Assembly: GCA_025465465.1 (NCBI GenBank)
Contig: JAODND010000034.1
Span: forward strand, 8,099-72,098
Reading direction: 5' to 3'
DNA from: Frankiales bacterium
GTDB taxonomy: Bacteria > Actinomycetota > Actinomycetes > Mycobacteriales > SCTD01
Length of the DNA: 64,000 nt
Below the pieces are notes generated by a model. It was not told the origin of the DNA. It did no database searches and saw nothing but the letters and a program-made list of their open reading frames with translations. The position numbers were made by a program, and so were the translations under genes. This document shows positions 10,063 through 20,132 of the stretch, one piece after another. Every line of letters starts with the position of its first letter. Position 1 is the first letter of the stretch.

Positions 10063-10138
10063 GCCGTGAGGGTTCGCCGCGGCAGGGCCTTCTCCTGCCG
10101 CTGCGCGACAAGGCGGCAGGACAAGGCAGGATGAACAG

Positions 10139-11095
10139 GTGCGCGCCATCACGCTTCCGTCCCATGGTGGCCCGGAGGTCCTGACGCTCGCGGACGTCCC
10201 GGACGCCACTGCCGGCCCGGGCGAGGTCCTCGTCGACGTCGCGGCCACCGCCGTCAACCGCGCCGACCTCCTGCAGCGCCAGGGGTTCTACGAGCCACCG
10301 GCCGGCGCCTCTCCGTACCCAGGTCTGGAGTGCTCGGGTGTCATCAGTGCCCTCGGCGAGGGCGTCGCGGGCTGGTCCGTCGGCGACCAGGTCTGCGCCC
10401 TGCTCGCCGGGGGCGGGTACGCCGAGAAGGTCGCCGTCCCGGTCGGCCAGCTGCTCCCCCTGCCGGCGGGCCTGTCGCTCGTCGAGGCCGCGGCACTGCC
10501 GGAGGTCACCTGCACCGTGTGGTCCAACGTCTTCCAGCTCGCGGCCCTGCAGCCGGGCGAGCGGCTGCTGGTGCACGGGGGTACGTCGGGCATCGGGACC
10601 TGCGCGATCCAGCTGGCGGTCCGCCACGGGGCCGACGTGACGACCACGGTCGGCTCCCCGGACAAGGCGGCGCGGGCACTCGAGCTCGGCGCCTCGAAAG
10701 CCGTTCTCTACAAGGACGAGGACTTCGTCGAGGCCGGTCCGTTCGACGTCATCCTCGACAACATGGGCGCCATGTACCTCGACCGCAACGTCACCGCCCT
10801 CGGCACCAACGGACGGCTCGTGATCATCGGGATGCAGGGCGGCGTCAAGGCCGAGCTCAACCTGGCCGCGATGATGACCAAGCGGGCGTCGCTGCACGCG
10901 ACCTCGCTGCGGGCGAGGCCGACGGAGGAGAAGGCCGCGATCGTCGCCGCCGTGCTGGCGGCCGTGTGGCCGGCGGTCGAGGCAGGAGAGGTGAAGCCGG
11001 TGATCGACCGAGTGCTCCCGCTGGACCAGGTCGCCGAGGCGCACCGGATCGTCGAGGCTTCAGGTCACATCGGCAAGGTCGTCCTGACGACCTGA
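10139..11095 (+). CDS. NAD(P)H-quinone oxidoreductase (PIG3/zeta-crystallin MDR family)
   Basis: VNRADLLQRQGFY, YPGLECSG, VHGGTSGIG, HIGKVVL. Confidence 0.95.
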   Translation: MRAITLPSHGGPEVLTLADVPDATAGPGEVLVDVAATAVNRADLLQRQGFYEPPAGASPYPGLECSGVISALGEGVAGWSVGDQVCALLAGGGYAEKVAVPVGQLLPLPAGLSLVEAAALPEVTCTVWSNVFQLAALQPGERLLVHGGTSGIGTCAIQLAVRHGADVTTTVGSPDKAARALELGASKAVLYKDEDFVEAGPFDVILDNMGAMYLDRNVTALGTNGRLVIIGMQGGVKAELNLAAMMTKRASLHATSLRARPTEEKAAIVAAVLAAVWPAVEAGEVKPVIDRVLPLDQVAEAHRIVEASGHIGKVVLTT

Positions 11096-11107
11096 CGTCG
11101 GTCCGGA

Positions 11108-11971
11108 TCAGAGCTTCGGGCCGCTCCGGCCAAAGGCGCCGGACTGCGAGATCGCCTGGGACAACGGACGGACGAGCTCGCGGAGCCGCGCGGCACCGTC
11201 CTCGCCGATCCGCTCCCACGGTGCCATCGCGAGTTCGTCGGTCTGCTTCTCGATCGCTTCGCGCCGGCTCCGGCCCTCGTCGGTGAAGGCGCCCTCGCCA
11301 TCGAGCCAGCCGCGTTCGGACAGCGACGCTGCGGCAGCATCCCACTCCTCGTCGGAGTAGGCCCGGGTCGCCTGCAGCGCCTTGCGGGCCCAGGTGTCGT
11401 TCATGGCGACGTGCAGCACGGCTGCCTCCAAGCCGGTCAGGCCGGCGGCGACCAGCGCCGCGATGTGGCCGTCACCGCGGTACTCGCGGAGCAGCGTCGT
11501 CGCGTGCCAGAGCTGGAGGTGCTCCGGCTCCGGCCAGTCGAGCCCGGCGTGCGCGGCATAGAGCGGCCGCCCGTAGGGAGTGCAGGCGGCCGCCGCGGCG
11601 CGCGCGAGGTCGGCGGCCTCCTTGGTGTCGTCGAGCGTGCGGTCGAGCAGGTCACCGCACATGCGCTGCAGGGCCCGGTCCGCGCCGCGGAGCCGGGCCG
11701 CGACGACCTGCTCGGGCGAGGTGATCGTCCAGACGCCGCTCATGCCGAACTGGCAGGCGAGGGCGGAGAAGTTGAAGAACGTTGCCTGCACGGTCTGCCA
11801 GGTCACTGCACCCATCGCGGCTGCGCGGGCGGGGAAATAGCCGATCGCCCGGTTCTGGCTGGCGTCGAGTCCGAGGGCGAGGTACTCCTCCTGTGCCTCG
11901 GGCGCGAAGTAGACCATCGCGTGATAGGGCTCGAGCGTGCGCCAGGTCTTGCGTGCGACCTCTGGGTTCAT
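11108..11971 (-). CDS. conserved actinobacterial protein (SCO6745-like)
   Basis: LEPYHAMVYFAPEA, YFPARAAAMG, LLREYRGDGHIAAL. Confidence 0.8.
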   Translation of the reverse strand: MNPEVARKTWRTLEPYHAMVYFAPEAQEEYLALGLDASQNRAIGYFPARAAAMGAVTWQTVQATFFNFSALACQFGMSGVWTITSPEQVVAARLRGADRALQRMCGDLLDRTLDDTKEAADLARAAAAACTPYGRPLYAAHAGLDWPEPEHLQLWHATTLLREYRGDGHIAALVAAGLTGLEAAVLHVAMNDTWARKALQATRAYSDEEWDAAAASLSERGWLDGEGAFTDEGRSRREAIEKQTDELAMAPWERIGEDGAARLRELVRPLSQAISQSGAFGRSGPKL

Positions 11972-11976
11972 GCGGC

Positions 11977-12516
11977 CTATCCGACCACATAGCGGTTGAG
12001 CAGCACCCCCGCGGCTGTGGTCTGGGAACCGACGAGGGTCAGGTCCAGCCGGTCGGGCGACTCCGGATAGAGGCGGGCGCCGCTGCCGAGCACGACCGGG
12101 AAGACCTGGACGGACAGCTCGTCGACGAGCCCGGCGTCGAGCAGCCCGTGCACGAGCGTGCGGCTCCCGACGACCAGCACGTTGCCTTCGAGCTCCTTGA
12201 CCTGGTCGAACCCGATGACGTGCGTGTCGTGCCAGTCACTGGCGTCCAGCGTGCTGCTCACGACGTACTTGGTCATCGTGTTGATCTTGTCCGCCATCTC
12301 GCCCTCGCGGGCCGGCCAGGCACCGTAGAAGCTCTCGTACGTCACCCGACCGAGCAGCAGGACGTCCGCCGCGAGCTGCTCCTCCAGCCGGCAGGCACCC
12401 AGGGCCTCGTCGAAGTACCGCTCCACCCAGCCGGTGTGGGCATACCCGGGCTCGCCACCCGGTGCCTCCATGACGCCGTCCAGCGACGCGAACTCCGTGA
12501 CGACCAGCTTCCTCAT
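11977..12516 (-). CDS. dihydrofolate reductase/RibD C-terminal family protein
   Basis: MRKLVVTEFASLDGVMEAPG, LLGRVTY, GSRTLV...LVDEL...PVVLGSG. Confidence 0.9.
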   Translation of the reverse strand: MRKLVVTEFASLDGVMEAPGGEPGYAHTGWVERYFDEALGACRLEEQLAADVLLLGRVTYESFYGAWPAREGEMADKINTMTKYVVSSTLDASDWHDTHVIGFDQVKELEGNVLVVGSRTLVHGLLDAGLVDELSVQVFPVVLGSGARLYPESPDRLDLTLVGSQTTAAGVLLNRYVVG

Positions 12517-12591
12517 GTTCCTCATCCTCTCGTGTTGGTGGTGTGACGACCGGGGCACGCCGGACTCATCGCTCTGAGGTTGGATGAGGAC

Positions 12592-13113
12592 ATGAGCGAC
12601 GACGAGAAGCAGAACATCGTGGTGGTCGGCGAGGACGGCCAGCAGATCGTGGTCCCGCCCGCGACGGGTGACGAGGAGCGGAGCCCGGCCGAGATGGTCG
12701 AGCAGCCGGCCAAGGTCATGCGCATCGGTTCGATGGTCAAGCAGCTGCTCGAGGAGGTGCGCGCGGCGCCGCTCGACGACGGCGCCCGCACCCGGCTCAA
12801 GGAGATCTACGAGAGCTCGATCAAGGAGCTCGAGGAAGGGCTCGCGCCCGAGCTGCGTGACGAGCTCGAGCGGCTCACGCTGCCCTTCACCGAAGGGGTG
12901 CCGCCGTCCGACGCCGAGCTGCGGATCGCGCAGGCCCAGCTCGTCGGCTGGCTCGAGGGGCTCTTCCACGGCATCCAGACAGCGCTGTTCGCCCAGCAGA
13001 TGGCAGCGCGGGTGCAGCTCGAGCAGATGCGCGGTGGCCGCCCGCAGCTACCTCCAGGGATGCTGCAGCCCCCCGAGGCCAACCCCGGCTCCAGCGGCGG
13101 CCAGTACCTCTAG
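12592..13113 (+). CDS. bpa: bacterial proteasome activator (Bpa/PafE, DUF2587)
   Basis: VEQPAKVMRIGSMVKQLLEEVR, ELRIAQAQLVGWLEGLFHGIQ, C-terminal GQYL. Confidence 0.96.
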   Translation: MSDDEKQNIVVVGEDGQQIVVPPATGDEERSPAEMVEQPAKVMRIGSMVKQLLEEVRAAPLDDGARTRLKEIYESSIKELEEGLAPELRDELERLTLPFTEGVPPSDAELRIAQAQLVGWLEGLFHGIQTALFAQQMAARVQLEQMRGGRPQLPPGMLQPPEANPGSSGGQYL

Positions 13114-13148
13114 CTCAGAGGCTGGCTCAGCGGCTGGCTCAGCGGCTG
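13113..13148. repeat. 3 x 12-bp tandem repeat between convergent stops
   Basis: GCTCAGAGGCTG GCTCAGCGGCTG GCTCAGCGGCTG; the last unit is the 3' end of the HAD gene. Confidence 0.85.
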
Positions 13149-13936
13149 GTGAACCAGCGGTCGAGGACCTGGGCCACGCCGTCCTCGTCGTTGGAGCCCG
13201 TCACGACGTCGGCCGCCTCGAGTACCTCGGGGTGGGCGTTGGCGACCGCCACGGAGTAGCCCGCCCAGGCCAGCATGGGCAGGTCGTTCGGCATGTCGCC
13301 GAAGGCGACCACGTCCGCTGCGGCGACTCCCGCCTCCTCGGCGAAGGCGGCGAGGCCGCTGGCCTTCGACACGCCTTCCGCCGACATCTCGAGCAGGCCG
13401 TCGGCGGAGGAGTGGGTGAAGGTCGCTCCCGACGCACCCGTCGCCCGCGCGGCCGAGAGCAGCTCGTCGGAGCCGATGCTCTCGTGCCGAGCCAGCAGCT
13501 TGACGACATCGTCGGTGAGGAGCTCCTCGATCGGTGCCTGCGTGCGGGCGTCGGAGGAGTCCCAGCGTGGGACATAGGACGGCTCGTGGGCGAACCCCGC
13601 GTGCAGCCTCTCGACGGCGAAGGCGATCCCCGGGATGGCCTCACGCAGGGCCACGACCACCTGGCGCGCGGCCTCCGCCGACAGCAGCGCTGACCGCACC
13701 ACCCGCTCGGTGTGCAAGTCGTACGCCAGTGCGCCGTTCGCGCAGATCGCGACACCGTGGTGGCCGGTCAGCTCCGAGATCTGCTTCATCCAGCGGATCG
13801 GCCGGCCGGTCACCATCACGAACGGGACGCCGGCAGCCTCGACGGCAGCCAGGGCGGCAACCGTGCGCGCCGAGATGGTGCCGTCCGAGCGGACGAGCGT
13901 CCCGTCGAGGTCCGAGGCCACCAACCGAGGGGTCAC
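13139..13936 (-). CDS. Cof-type HAD-IIB hydrolase
   Basis: [34 protein letters not shown] overlap with the serS stop. Confidence 0.95.
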   Translation of the reverse strand: MTPRLVASDLDGTLVRSDGTISARTVAALAAVEAAGVPFVMVTGRPIRWMKQISELTGHHGVAICANGALAYDLHTERVVRSALLSAEAARQVVVALREAIPGIAFAVERLHAGFAHEPSYVPRWDSSDARTQAPIEELLTDDVVKLLARHESIGSDELLSAARATGASGATFTHSSADGLLEMSAEGVSKASGLAAFAEEAGVAAADVVAFGDMPNDLPMLAWAGYSVAVANAHPEVLEAADVVTGSNDEDGVAQVLDRWFTSR

Positions 13937-15189
13937 GCCGGGGTGATCTCCGTCAGCCCCCCGAGGAACGGCCGCAGGGCGGCCGGGACCTGCACCGAGC
14001 CGTCTGCGCGCTGGTGCACCTCGAGCAGCACCGCGATGGTGCGACCCACGGCACACAGCGTGCCGTTGAGGGTCGCCACGACCCGCGGACCGGCGGCGGT
14101 CCGGTGCCGGATGCCGAGCCGACGGGCCTGGAAGTCCGTGCAGTTGGACGTGGAGGTCAGCTCGAGCCAGCGCTCCTGGGACGGCAGCCACGCCTCGTTG
14201 TCGAACTTCCGGGCCGCGGAGGACCCGAGGTCGCCCGCCGCGACGTCGATCGTGCGGAAGGGCAGCTCGAGATCGGTCAGGAACCCCTTCTCCTGCTCCA
14301 GCAGCCGCTCGTGCTCCGCCTCGGCCTCGGCGAGGTCGACATAGGAGAACATCTCGACCTTGTCGAACTGGTGCACGCGGATGATCCCGCGGGTGTCCTT
14401 CCCGTGTGACCCGGCCTCGCGCCGGAAGCAGGACGAGAACCCCGCATAGCGAGCCGGCAGAGCCTCCAGCACCTCACCGGAGTGGTAGGCCGCCAGCGGT
14501 ACCTCCGACGTACCGACGAGATAGAGGTCGTCGGCCTCCAGCTTGTAGACCTCAGCGGCATGGGCGCCCAGAAAACCGGTGCCCTCCATCGCTTCGGGAC
14601 GCACCAGTGCGGGGGCGATCACCGGGATGAAGCCGGCCGCGACGGCGCGCGCCATCGCCAGGTTGACCAGCGCCAGCTCGAGCAGCGCCCCGGGACCGGT
14701 GAGGAACGCAAACCGGGAGCCGGAGACCTTGGCGCCCCGCTCGGTGTCGATCGCCTTCAGGATCTCGCCGACGGCGAGGTGGTCGCGGACCTCGAAGTCG
14801 TACGCCGGGACAGTGTCCGGCTGCGATAGCACGACGAAGTCGGCCTCACCGCCCGGCGGGACGGACGGGTGCACGAGGTTCGGGATCGCGAGGTGAGCCG
14901 CCCGCAGCAGCTCCTCGGCGGCGAGCTGTGCCGCCTCTGCCTGCTTGACGTCGGTGGCCAGCGCCTTTGCCTGTTCCAGGACGGCGGGGCGCTGCTCCGG
15001 CGACGCGGTCCTGACCGCAGCCGAGACCTCCTTCTGCGCCGCCCGCAGCCCGTCGGCCCGCGTCACGGCCGCGCGGCGGCCCTCGTCGGCGGACAGCAGG
15101 GCGTCGACCAGGGCAGGGTCGTCGCCGCGGGCGAGCTGGGACGCGCGGACCCGGTCGGGGTCCTCCCGCAGCAGCTTGAGGTCGATCAC
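13933..15189 (-). CDS. serS: serine--tRNA ligase
   Basis: [59 protein letters not shown]. Confidence 0.98.
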   Translation of the reverse strand: MIDLKLLREDPDRVRASQLARGDDPALVDALLSADEGRRAAVTRADGLRAAQKEVSAAVRTASPEQRPAVLEQAKALATDVKQAEAAQLAAEELLRAAHLAIPNLVHPSVPPGGEADFVVLSQPDTVPAYDFEVRDHLAVGEILKAIDTERGAKVSGSRFAFLTGPGALLELALVNLAMARAVAAGFIPVIAPALVRPEAMEGTGFLGAHAAEVYKLEADDLYLVGTSEVPLAAYHSGEVLEALPARYAGFSSCFRREAGSHGKDTRGIIRVHQFDKVEMFSYVDLAEAEAEHERLLEQEKGFLTDLELPFRTIDVAAGDLGSSAARKFDNEAWLPSQERWLELTSTSNCTDFQARRLGIRHRTAAGPRVVATLNGTLCAVGRTIAVLLEVHQRADGSVQVPAALRPFLGGLTEITPA

Positions 15190-15218
15190 GCGTGCGTCAC
15201 GCGTGCAAGGCTAACCAC

Positions 15219-15917
15219 ATGCGCAGCAACCTTTTCGGCGAGAACCTCGAGGCCGGCACCGTCGACACGATGTCCCTGCAGAACCCACGTCTGCTCAAGG
15301 TGCGCCTCAACGGCGAGCTGCTCGCCCGGCAGGGGGCGATGGTGGCCTACCAGGGCCAGATCACCTTCGCGTACGAAGGTGCCGGCGGCGTCGGGCGGTT
15401 CTTGAAGAAGGCCCTGACCGGCGAGGGCGTCCCCCTCATGCGGTGCAGCGGGCAGGGCGACCTGTTCCTCGCCCAGCACGCCTACGAGCTGCATATCGTC
15501 GACCTCGACGGCGACTCGCTCACCGTGAACGGCGCCAACGTCTTGGCCTTCGACCCGTCCCTGACGTGGGACATCCGCCGGGTCGAAGGCGCGTCGGTGC
15601 TGTCAGGCGGTGTCTTCAACATGGTCTTCACCGGCACCGGACGCCTGGTGCTGAGCGCCTTCGGGACGCCGGTCGTCCTGGACGCCGGCCCGGTCCCGAC
15701 GTTCGCCGACCTGCAGTCCGCCATCGCCTGGAGCTCCTCGCTGCGCACCAGCCTGGTCCGTACGGCGGGCGCGGGTGCGCTGATCGGGCGAGGCTCCGGC
15801 GAGGCGTTCCAGCTGGCGTTCCAGGGTGAGGGCTTCGTGATCGTGCAGGCGTCCGAGGGCCCGTTCGTGCCGAAGCACGACCACGGCGGTGGCGGCGCGT
15901 CGAACCTGTTCGGCTAA
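15219..15917 (+). CDS. AIM24 family protein
   Basis: ARQGAMVAYQG, TGEGVPLM, GSGEAFQLAFQGEGFVIVQASE. Confidence 0.9.
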   Translation: MRSNLFGENLEAGTVDTMSLQNPRLLKVRLNGELLARQGAMVAYQGQITFAYEGAGGVGRFLKKALTGEGVPLMRCSGQGDLFLAQHAYELHIVDLDGDSLTVNGANVLAFDPSLTWDIRRVEGASVLSGGVFNMVFTGTGRLVLSAFGTPVVLDAGPVPTFADLQSAIAWSSSLRTSLVRTAGAGALIGRGSGEAFQLAFQGEGFVIVQASEGPFVPKHDHGGGGASNLFG

Positions 15918-15918
15918 C

Positions 15919-16467
15919 TCACGAGCGACGCGAGAAGCGGCCGCGCTTGGGCTCCGGCTCGAAGCCCTCGCGTGGCTGCACCGCCGTGCGGTTGGCATAG
16001 CCGATGGCCTGCTGCTCCTCGGGGCTCAGCGAGTGATCGGAGTCACCGGCCTTGACGCCCTTCGCGTAGGTGCGGGTCTCCGAGCGGCCGTTGATCGAGG
16101 TGAGCACGATGCCGTCGCCGGCGTCGTCGAGCAGCGCGGCACTGAACGACAGCCGCCCACCCATGTCGCCGAAGGCGTCGTAGCGCACGACCGCAACGTG
16201 CCGCAGTGCGTCGGAGAGGTCGGCGCGGGCGGCGGCGAGGTCGTCACGCAGGCGGCCGACGTCGGTGCGCAGGCCCTCGACCTCACGGTGCTGGCGGGTC
16301 ACCGACTCCACGAAGGTGGCGCCTCGGTCGCCACCGGTGAGCACGTCGTGGGCGAGCGTCAGCCTGCGGATCCTGACGAGCAGTGAGGCGCTGAAGCCGA
16401 GCGACAGGACGGCCACTCCCGCTGCCGACAGGGAGACGACCTGAGCGGTGTCGGTGTCGAGCAGCAC
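15919..16467 (-). CDS. DUF4446 family membrane protein
   Basis: N-terminal TM; VVRYDAFGDMGGRLSFSAALLD...SINGRSETRTYAK; GTG 16467 with TAGTCT 7 nt upstream. Confidence 0.88.
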   Translation of the reverse strand: MLLDTDTAQVVSLSAAGVAVLSLGFSASLLVRIRRLTLAHDVLTGGDRGATFVESVTRQHREVEGLRTDVGRLRDDLAAARADLSDALRHVAVVRYDAFGDMGGRLSFSAALLDDAGDGIVLTSINGRSETRTYAKGVKAGDSDHSLSPEEQQAIGYANRTAVQPREGFEPEPKRGRFSRRS

Positions 16468-16490
16468 GCGGTCGAGACTAGCCTCCGCTC

Positions 16491-17216
16491 GTGGACAGGG
16501 ATGCGGCACACGCGCTGCTGCGGGCGGTCGCGGACGGGGATCTGGCGCCCGAGGCCGCCCTGGACCGCTTCGCGACGGCGCCCTACGACGCGTTGGCCCA
16601 CTCCCTCGTCGACACCCACCGAGCGCTCCGCACCGGCGACCCGGAAGTCGTCTACGCAGAAGGCAAGACGACCCAGCAGGTCCTGGACAACGTCGCGGCG
16701 CTCCGGTCCACCAGCGACCGCGTCCTCGTGACCCGCTGCTCGCCCGAGGTGTCGGAGGCACTGGACGCCACAGGTCGCACCGTGTTCCTTGGCACGCCCA
16801 AGGAGCCACGCGGCTGCGTCGCGATCCTGGCGGCAGGCACCTCCGACGGCCCGGTCGCCGAGGAGGCCGCCATCACCGCGAGGGCCTTCGGCGCGCAGGT
16901 GACCCGGGTCGACGACGTCGGGGTCGCGGGGCTGCACCGGCTGCTGGAGGCCCGGGCCGTCCTCGACACCGCAGACGTGCTGGTGGTCGTCGCGGGCATG
17001 GAGGGCGCCCTGCCCTCGGTGGTGGGTGGGCTCGTCGGGACCCCGATCGTCGCCGTACCGACGAGCATCGGCTATGGCGCGTCCTTCCAGGGACTGGCCG
17101 CCCTGCTGGCGATGCTCAACAGCTGCGCTCCCGGAGTCACCGTGGTCAACATCGACAACGGCTTCGGCGCCGGCGTGTTCGCGGCCCGGGTCGCCCGCCG
17201 GGCGCGCCACTCATGA
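16491..17216 (+). CDS. larB: nickel-pincer cofactor biosynthesis protein LarB
   Basis: PEVVYAEGKT, AGTSDGPVAEEA, DVGVAGLHRL, AGMEGAL, VPTSIGYG, VVNIDNGFGA. Confidence 0.96.
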   Translation: MDRDAAHALLRAVADGDLAPEAALDRFATAPYDALAHSLVDTHRALRTGDPEVVYAEGKTTQQVLDNVAALRSTSDRVLVTRCSPEVSEALDATGRTVFLGTPKEPRGCVAILAAGTSDGPVAEEAAITARAFGAQVTRVDDVGVAGLHRLLEARAVLDTADVLVVVAGMEGALPSVVGGLVGTPIVAVPTSIGYGASFQGLAALLAMLNSCAPGVTVVNIDNGFGAGVFAARVARRARHS

Positions 17217-17276
17217 TCCACGGAGACCTTCAGGTGGATCCAGCCCGCGAAAGCGCACACAACTCTCCGTGGATCA
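17214..17276. repeat. 63-bp element with 13-bp terminal inverted repeats (REP/MIRU-like)
   Basis: TGATCCACGGAGA (17214-17226) and TCTCCGTGGATCA (17264-17276). Confidence 0.85.
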
Positions 17277-17292
17277 GCGTCGGGGGGGCGCC

Positions 17293-18468
17293 GTGATCGG
17301 CTGGCTCGACGCCTCGGCGGGCGCGAGCGGCGACATGCTGCTCGGTGCGCTCGTCGACGCCGGGGTGCCGCTGCAGGTCCTCACCGACGCGGTCGACGCC
17401 CTCGGGCTCGACATCCGGTTCGAGGTGTCGCAGGTCGAGCGGGGAGGCATCGGGGCGACCTACGTCGACGTGCTGACCCGCGACGACCAGGTGTCCAGGT
17501 CCTGGCGCGACGTGCAGCGGCTGGTGTCCGGCACGGCGCACGACGTCTTCGCGCGGCTGGCCCATGCCGAGGCGACGATCCACCGGGTGCCGGTCGAGGA
17601 GGTGCACTTCCACGAGGTCGGCGCACACGACGCGCTGGCCGACGTCGTGGGGGCGGTCGCCGGCTTCGCCCACCTCGGCCTGACCGCGCTGCACTGCTCC
17701 ACGGTGTCGCTCGGGAGCGGGACGACCCGGGGCGCGCACGGCCCGCTGCCCGTCCCGGCACCGGCGGTCCTCGCGCTGCTCGCGGGCGTCCCCGTCCAGG
17801 CCGGCCTCGCGCCGTACGAGATGACGACGCCGACCGGTGCCGCACTCCTGGCGACGCTGGTGACCGACTGGGGACCGCTACCGGCCATGCGACCGACGAC
17901 GACGGGCCACGGCGCCGGCACCCGCGACCCGCGAGAGGTCGCGAACGTGCTGCGCCTGACCGTCGGAGAGCTGCTCGCCGGACCGGCCAGCGCCGTCCTG
18001 CTCGAGACCAACGTCGACGACCTGGACCCGCGGCTGTGGCCGCACGTCCTGGAGCTGCTGCTCGCCGACGGTGCGCAGGATGCCTGGCTCACCCCGATCC
18101 TCATGAAGAAAGGCCGGCCGGCGCACACGCTGTCCGTCCTCTGCGACGCGCAGGACACCGATCGACTGCGCACCAGGGTCTTCCGCGAGACCAGCACGAT
18201 CGGCCTGCGCGAGACCATCCTCGGCAAGCACGCCCTGGAGCGCACCGAGTCCACGGCGTACGTCGACGGGCAGCCGATCCGGGTCAAGACGGCCTGGCTC
18301 GACGGCCGACCCGTCAACGCCAACCCGGAGTGGGCCGACATCGTGGCCGCGGCTGCGGCGCTGGGACGCCCGGCGAAGCAGCTGCTCGAGGAGGCCAGGC
18401 GTCAGACCGCGACGAAGAACCCGACGGCACCCGCACCGTCCGACAGCGGCACCCCGACGACGTCATAG
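17293..18468 (+). CDS. larC: nickel insertase LarC
   Basis: GASGDMLLGAL, VHFHEVGA, HGPLPVPAPA, TPTGAA, LETNVDD, PILMKKGRP, ETSTIGLR. Confidence 0.95.
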   Translation: MIGWLDASAGASGDMLLGALVDAGVPLQVLTDAVDALGLDIRFEVSQVERGGIGATYVDVLTRDDQVSRSWRDVQRLVSGTAHDVFARLAHAEATIHRVPVEEVHFHEVGAHDALADVVGAVAGFAHLGLTALHCSTVSLGSGTTRGAHGPLPVPAPAVLALLAGVPVQAGLAPYEMTTPTGAALLATLVTDWGPLPAMRPTTTGHGAGTRDPREVANVLRLTVGELLAGPASAVLLETNVDDLDPRLWPHVLELLLADGAQDAWLTPILMKKGRPAHTLSVLCDAQDTDRLRTRVFRETSTIGLRETILGKHALERTESTAYVDGQPIRVKTAWLDGRPVNANPEWADIVAAAAALGRPAKQLLEEARRQTATKNPTAPAPSDSGTPTTS

Positions 18469-18866
18469 CTGCGCAGGCCGACGCCAGCACGCAGCCGCAC
18501 GAGGCCGCGATGGAGCCGACGCGTGACGACCGCCCGCAGCGGCGCCAGCTGCACGTCGGGGTCCTCGACGGGAACCGCCGATGCTGAGAAGTCGACGACC
18601 TCGACCAGGTCCAGCAGCATCGCACCGGCAACCGCGGCCGGGTCCAGACCGAGCAGCTCGCCGCCGGAAGCGCTCAGGGCGATGAGCCGGCCGGACGCGT
18701 CCACGAGCAGCATCGCCTCAGCCGCCGTCCGGACGCGGGCTGCCCAGTCGTCGAGCAGCGGCGCGCCGTCGAGGTGCAGCGTCCGCCGGACCGGTTCGGG
18801 CTGCGCGGCGACAGCGGGCCGCGACGGCTCCGAGGAGAGTCGTCGCAGCGGGAGGAGAAGGCTCAC
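18402..18866 (-). CDS. stand-alone PAS-domain protein
   Basis: EAMLLVDASGRLIALSASGGELLG PAS-like core; TAGGCT-N6-GTG start. Confidence 0.7.
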   Translation of the reverse strand: MSLLLPLRRLSSEPSRPAVAAQPEPVRRTLHLDGAPLLDDWAARVRTAAEAMLLVDASGRLIALSASGGELLGLDPAAVAGAMLLDLVEVVDFSASAVPVEDPDVQLAPLRAVVTRRLHRGLVRLRAGVGLRSYDVVGVPLSDGAGAVGFFVAV

Positions 18867-18900
18867 CGGCCAAGCCTAGATCGCCACCTACCCTGGGGCC

Positions 18901-20100
18901 ATGGGAGTGACGAGCGAGGTCGGTCGGCTGCGGACGGTGCTGCTGCACCGGCCCGGCGCCGAGCTCTCGCGCCTCACCCCGCGCAACAGCGCCGACCTGC
19001 TCTTCGACGGGGTGCCGTGGGTCGGGCGGGCGCAGGAAGAGCACGACGCGTTCGCGCAGCAGCTCCGCGACCGGGGCGTCGAGGTGCTGTACCTGCAGCG
19101 GCTCCTGACCGAGGCGCTCGACGTGGCCGAGGCGCGGGCCGAGGCGGTGCACAGCGCCGTGGCCCCCACGCTCGTCGGCCCCTCGCTCGCGACCTCGCTG
19201 CGGTCGTGGTTGCTCGACCTGCCCTCCGACGAGCTCGCCGAGCACCTCATCGCCGGTCTCACCCACGACGAGCTGCCGGCCTCCGGCCCGGAGGGCGTGG
19301 TCGCCCGGATGGCCGGACCGTCGGAGTTCGTGGTGCCGCCACTGCCCAACGTGCTGTTCACCCGCGACTCGAGCGTCTGGGTCGATGACCAGGTGGCGAT
19401 CGCCAGCCCATCGATGCGGGCGCGGCAACGAGAGGCGTCGCTGACCCGCGCGATCTACAGCCACCACCCGCGGTTCGCCGATGCCCAGCTGCTCTACGGC
19501 GCGAGCCACGACGAGGCCTGGTTCGAGGGCGGCGACGTGCTCCTGCTGGCACCTGGGGTGGTCGCGGTGGGTGTCGGTCAGCGGACGACACCCGCGGGGG
19601 CGGAAGCCTTCGCCCTCAGGGCCTTTGCCGCCGGTGTCGCGCACACCGTGCTGGCGGTGCCGATCGCGCAGGAGCGCGCCACGATGCACCTCGACACCAT
19701 CTGCACGATGGTCGCCGCCGACGCCGTGGTGATGTTCCCGGCGGTCGCCGACTCGCTGTCCGCGTGGACGATCACCGCTGACGCCATCCTGGGTCCGTCG
19801 CCGTTCCTCATCGCCGCGGCGAAGGCGATGGAGCTCGACGAGCTGCGGGTCGTCGACACCGGCCTGGACCCGGTCACCGCCGAACGCGAGCAGTGGGACG
19901 ACGGCAACAACACCCTCGCCCTCGCGCCGGGTCTGGTCGTCGCCTACGAGCGCAACGTCGTCACGAACCAGGCACTCGAGGCAGCAGGGATCGACGTCGT
20001 GCGGATCGCCGGCTCCGAGCTCGGCAGCGGACGTGGCGGTCCGCGCTGCATGTCCTGCCCCGTGGAGCGCGAGCCCGTCGTAGGACCATTGACCGATTGA
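18901..20100 (+). CDS. arcA: arginine deiminase
   Basis: [40 protein letters not shown]. Confidence 0.96.
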   Translation: MGVTSEVGRLRTVLLHRPGAELSRLTPRNSADLLFDGVPWVGRAQEEHDAFAQQLRDRGVEVLYLQRLLTEALDVAEARAEAVHSAVAPTLVGPSLATSLRSWLLDLPSDELAEHLIAGLTHDELPASGPEGVVARMAGPSEFVVPPLPNVLFTRDSSVWVDDQVAIASPSMRARQREASLTRAIYSHHPRFADAQLLYGASHDEAWFEGGDVLLLAPGVVAVGVGQRTTPAGAEAFALRAFAAGVAHTVLAVPIAQERATMHLDTICTMVAADAVVMFPAVADSLSAWTITADAILGPSPFLIAAAKAMELDELRVVDTGLDPVTAEREQWDDGNNTLALAPGLVVAYERNVVTNQALEAAGIDVVRIAGSELGSGRGGPRCMSCPVEREPVVGPLTD

Positions 20101-20132
20101 ACCGAGGGGGCGCGGAGCGCGATGGTCTGGGC

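Noticed and set aside
13113..13148. 12-bp triple repeat as a regulatory or mobile element
   Set aside because: Best explained as slippage duplication of the HAD gene 3' end between convergent stops.
18901..20100. arcA without arcB/arcC
   Set aside because: Stand-alone arginine deiminase is common in Actinobacteria.
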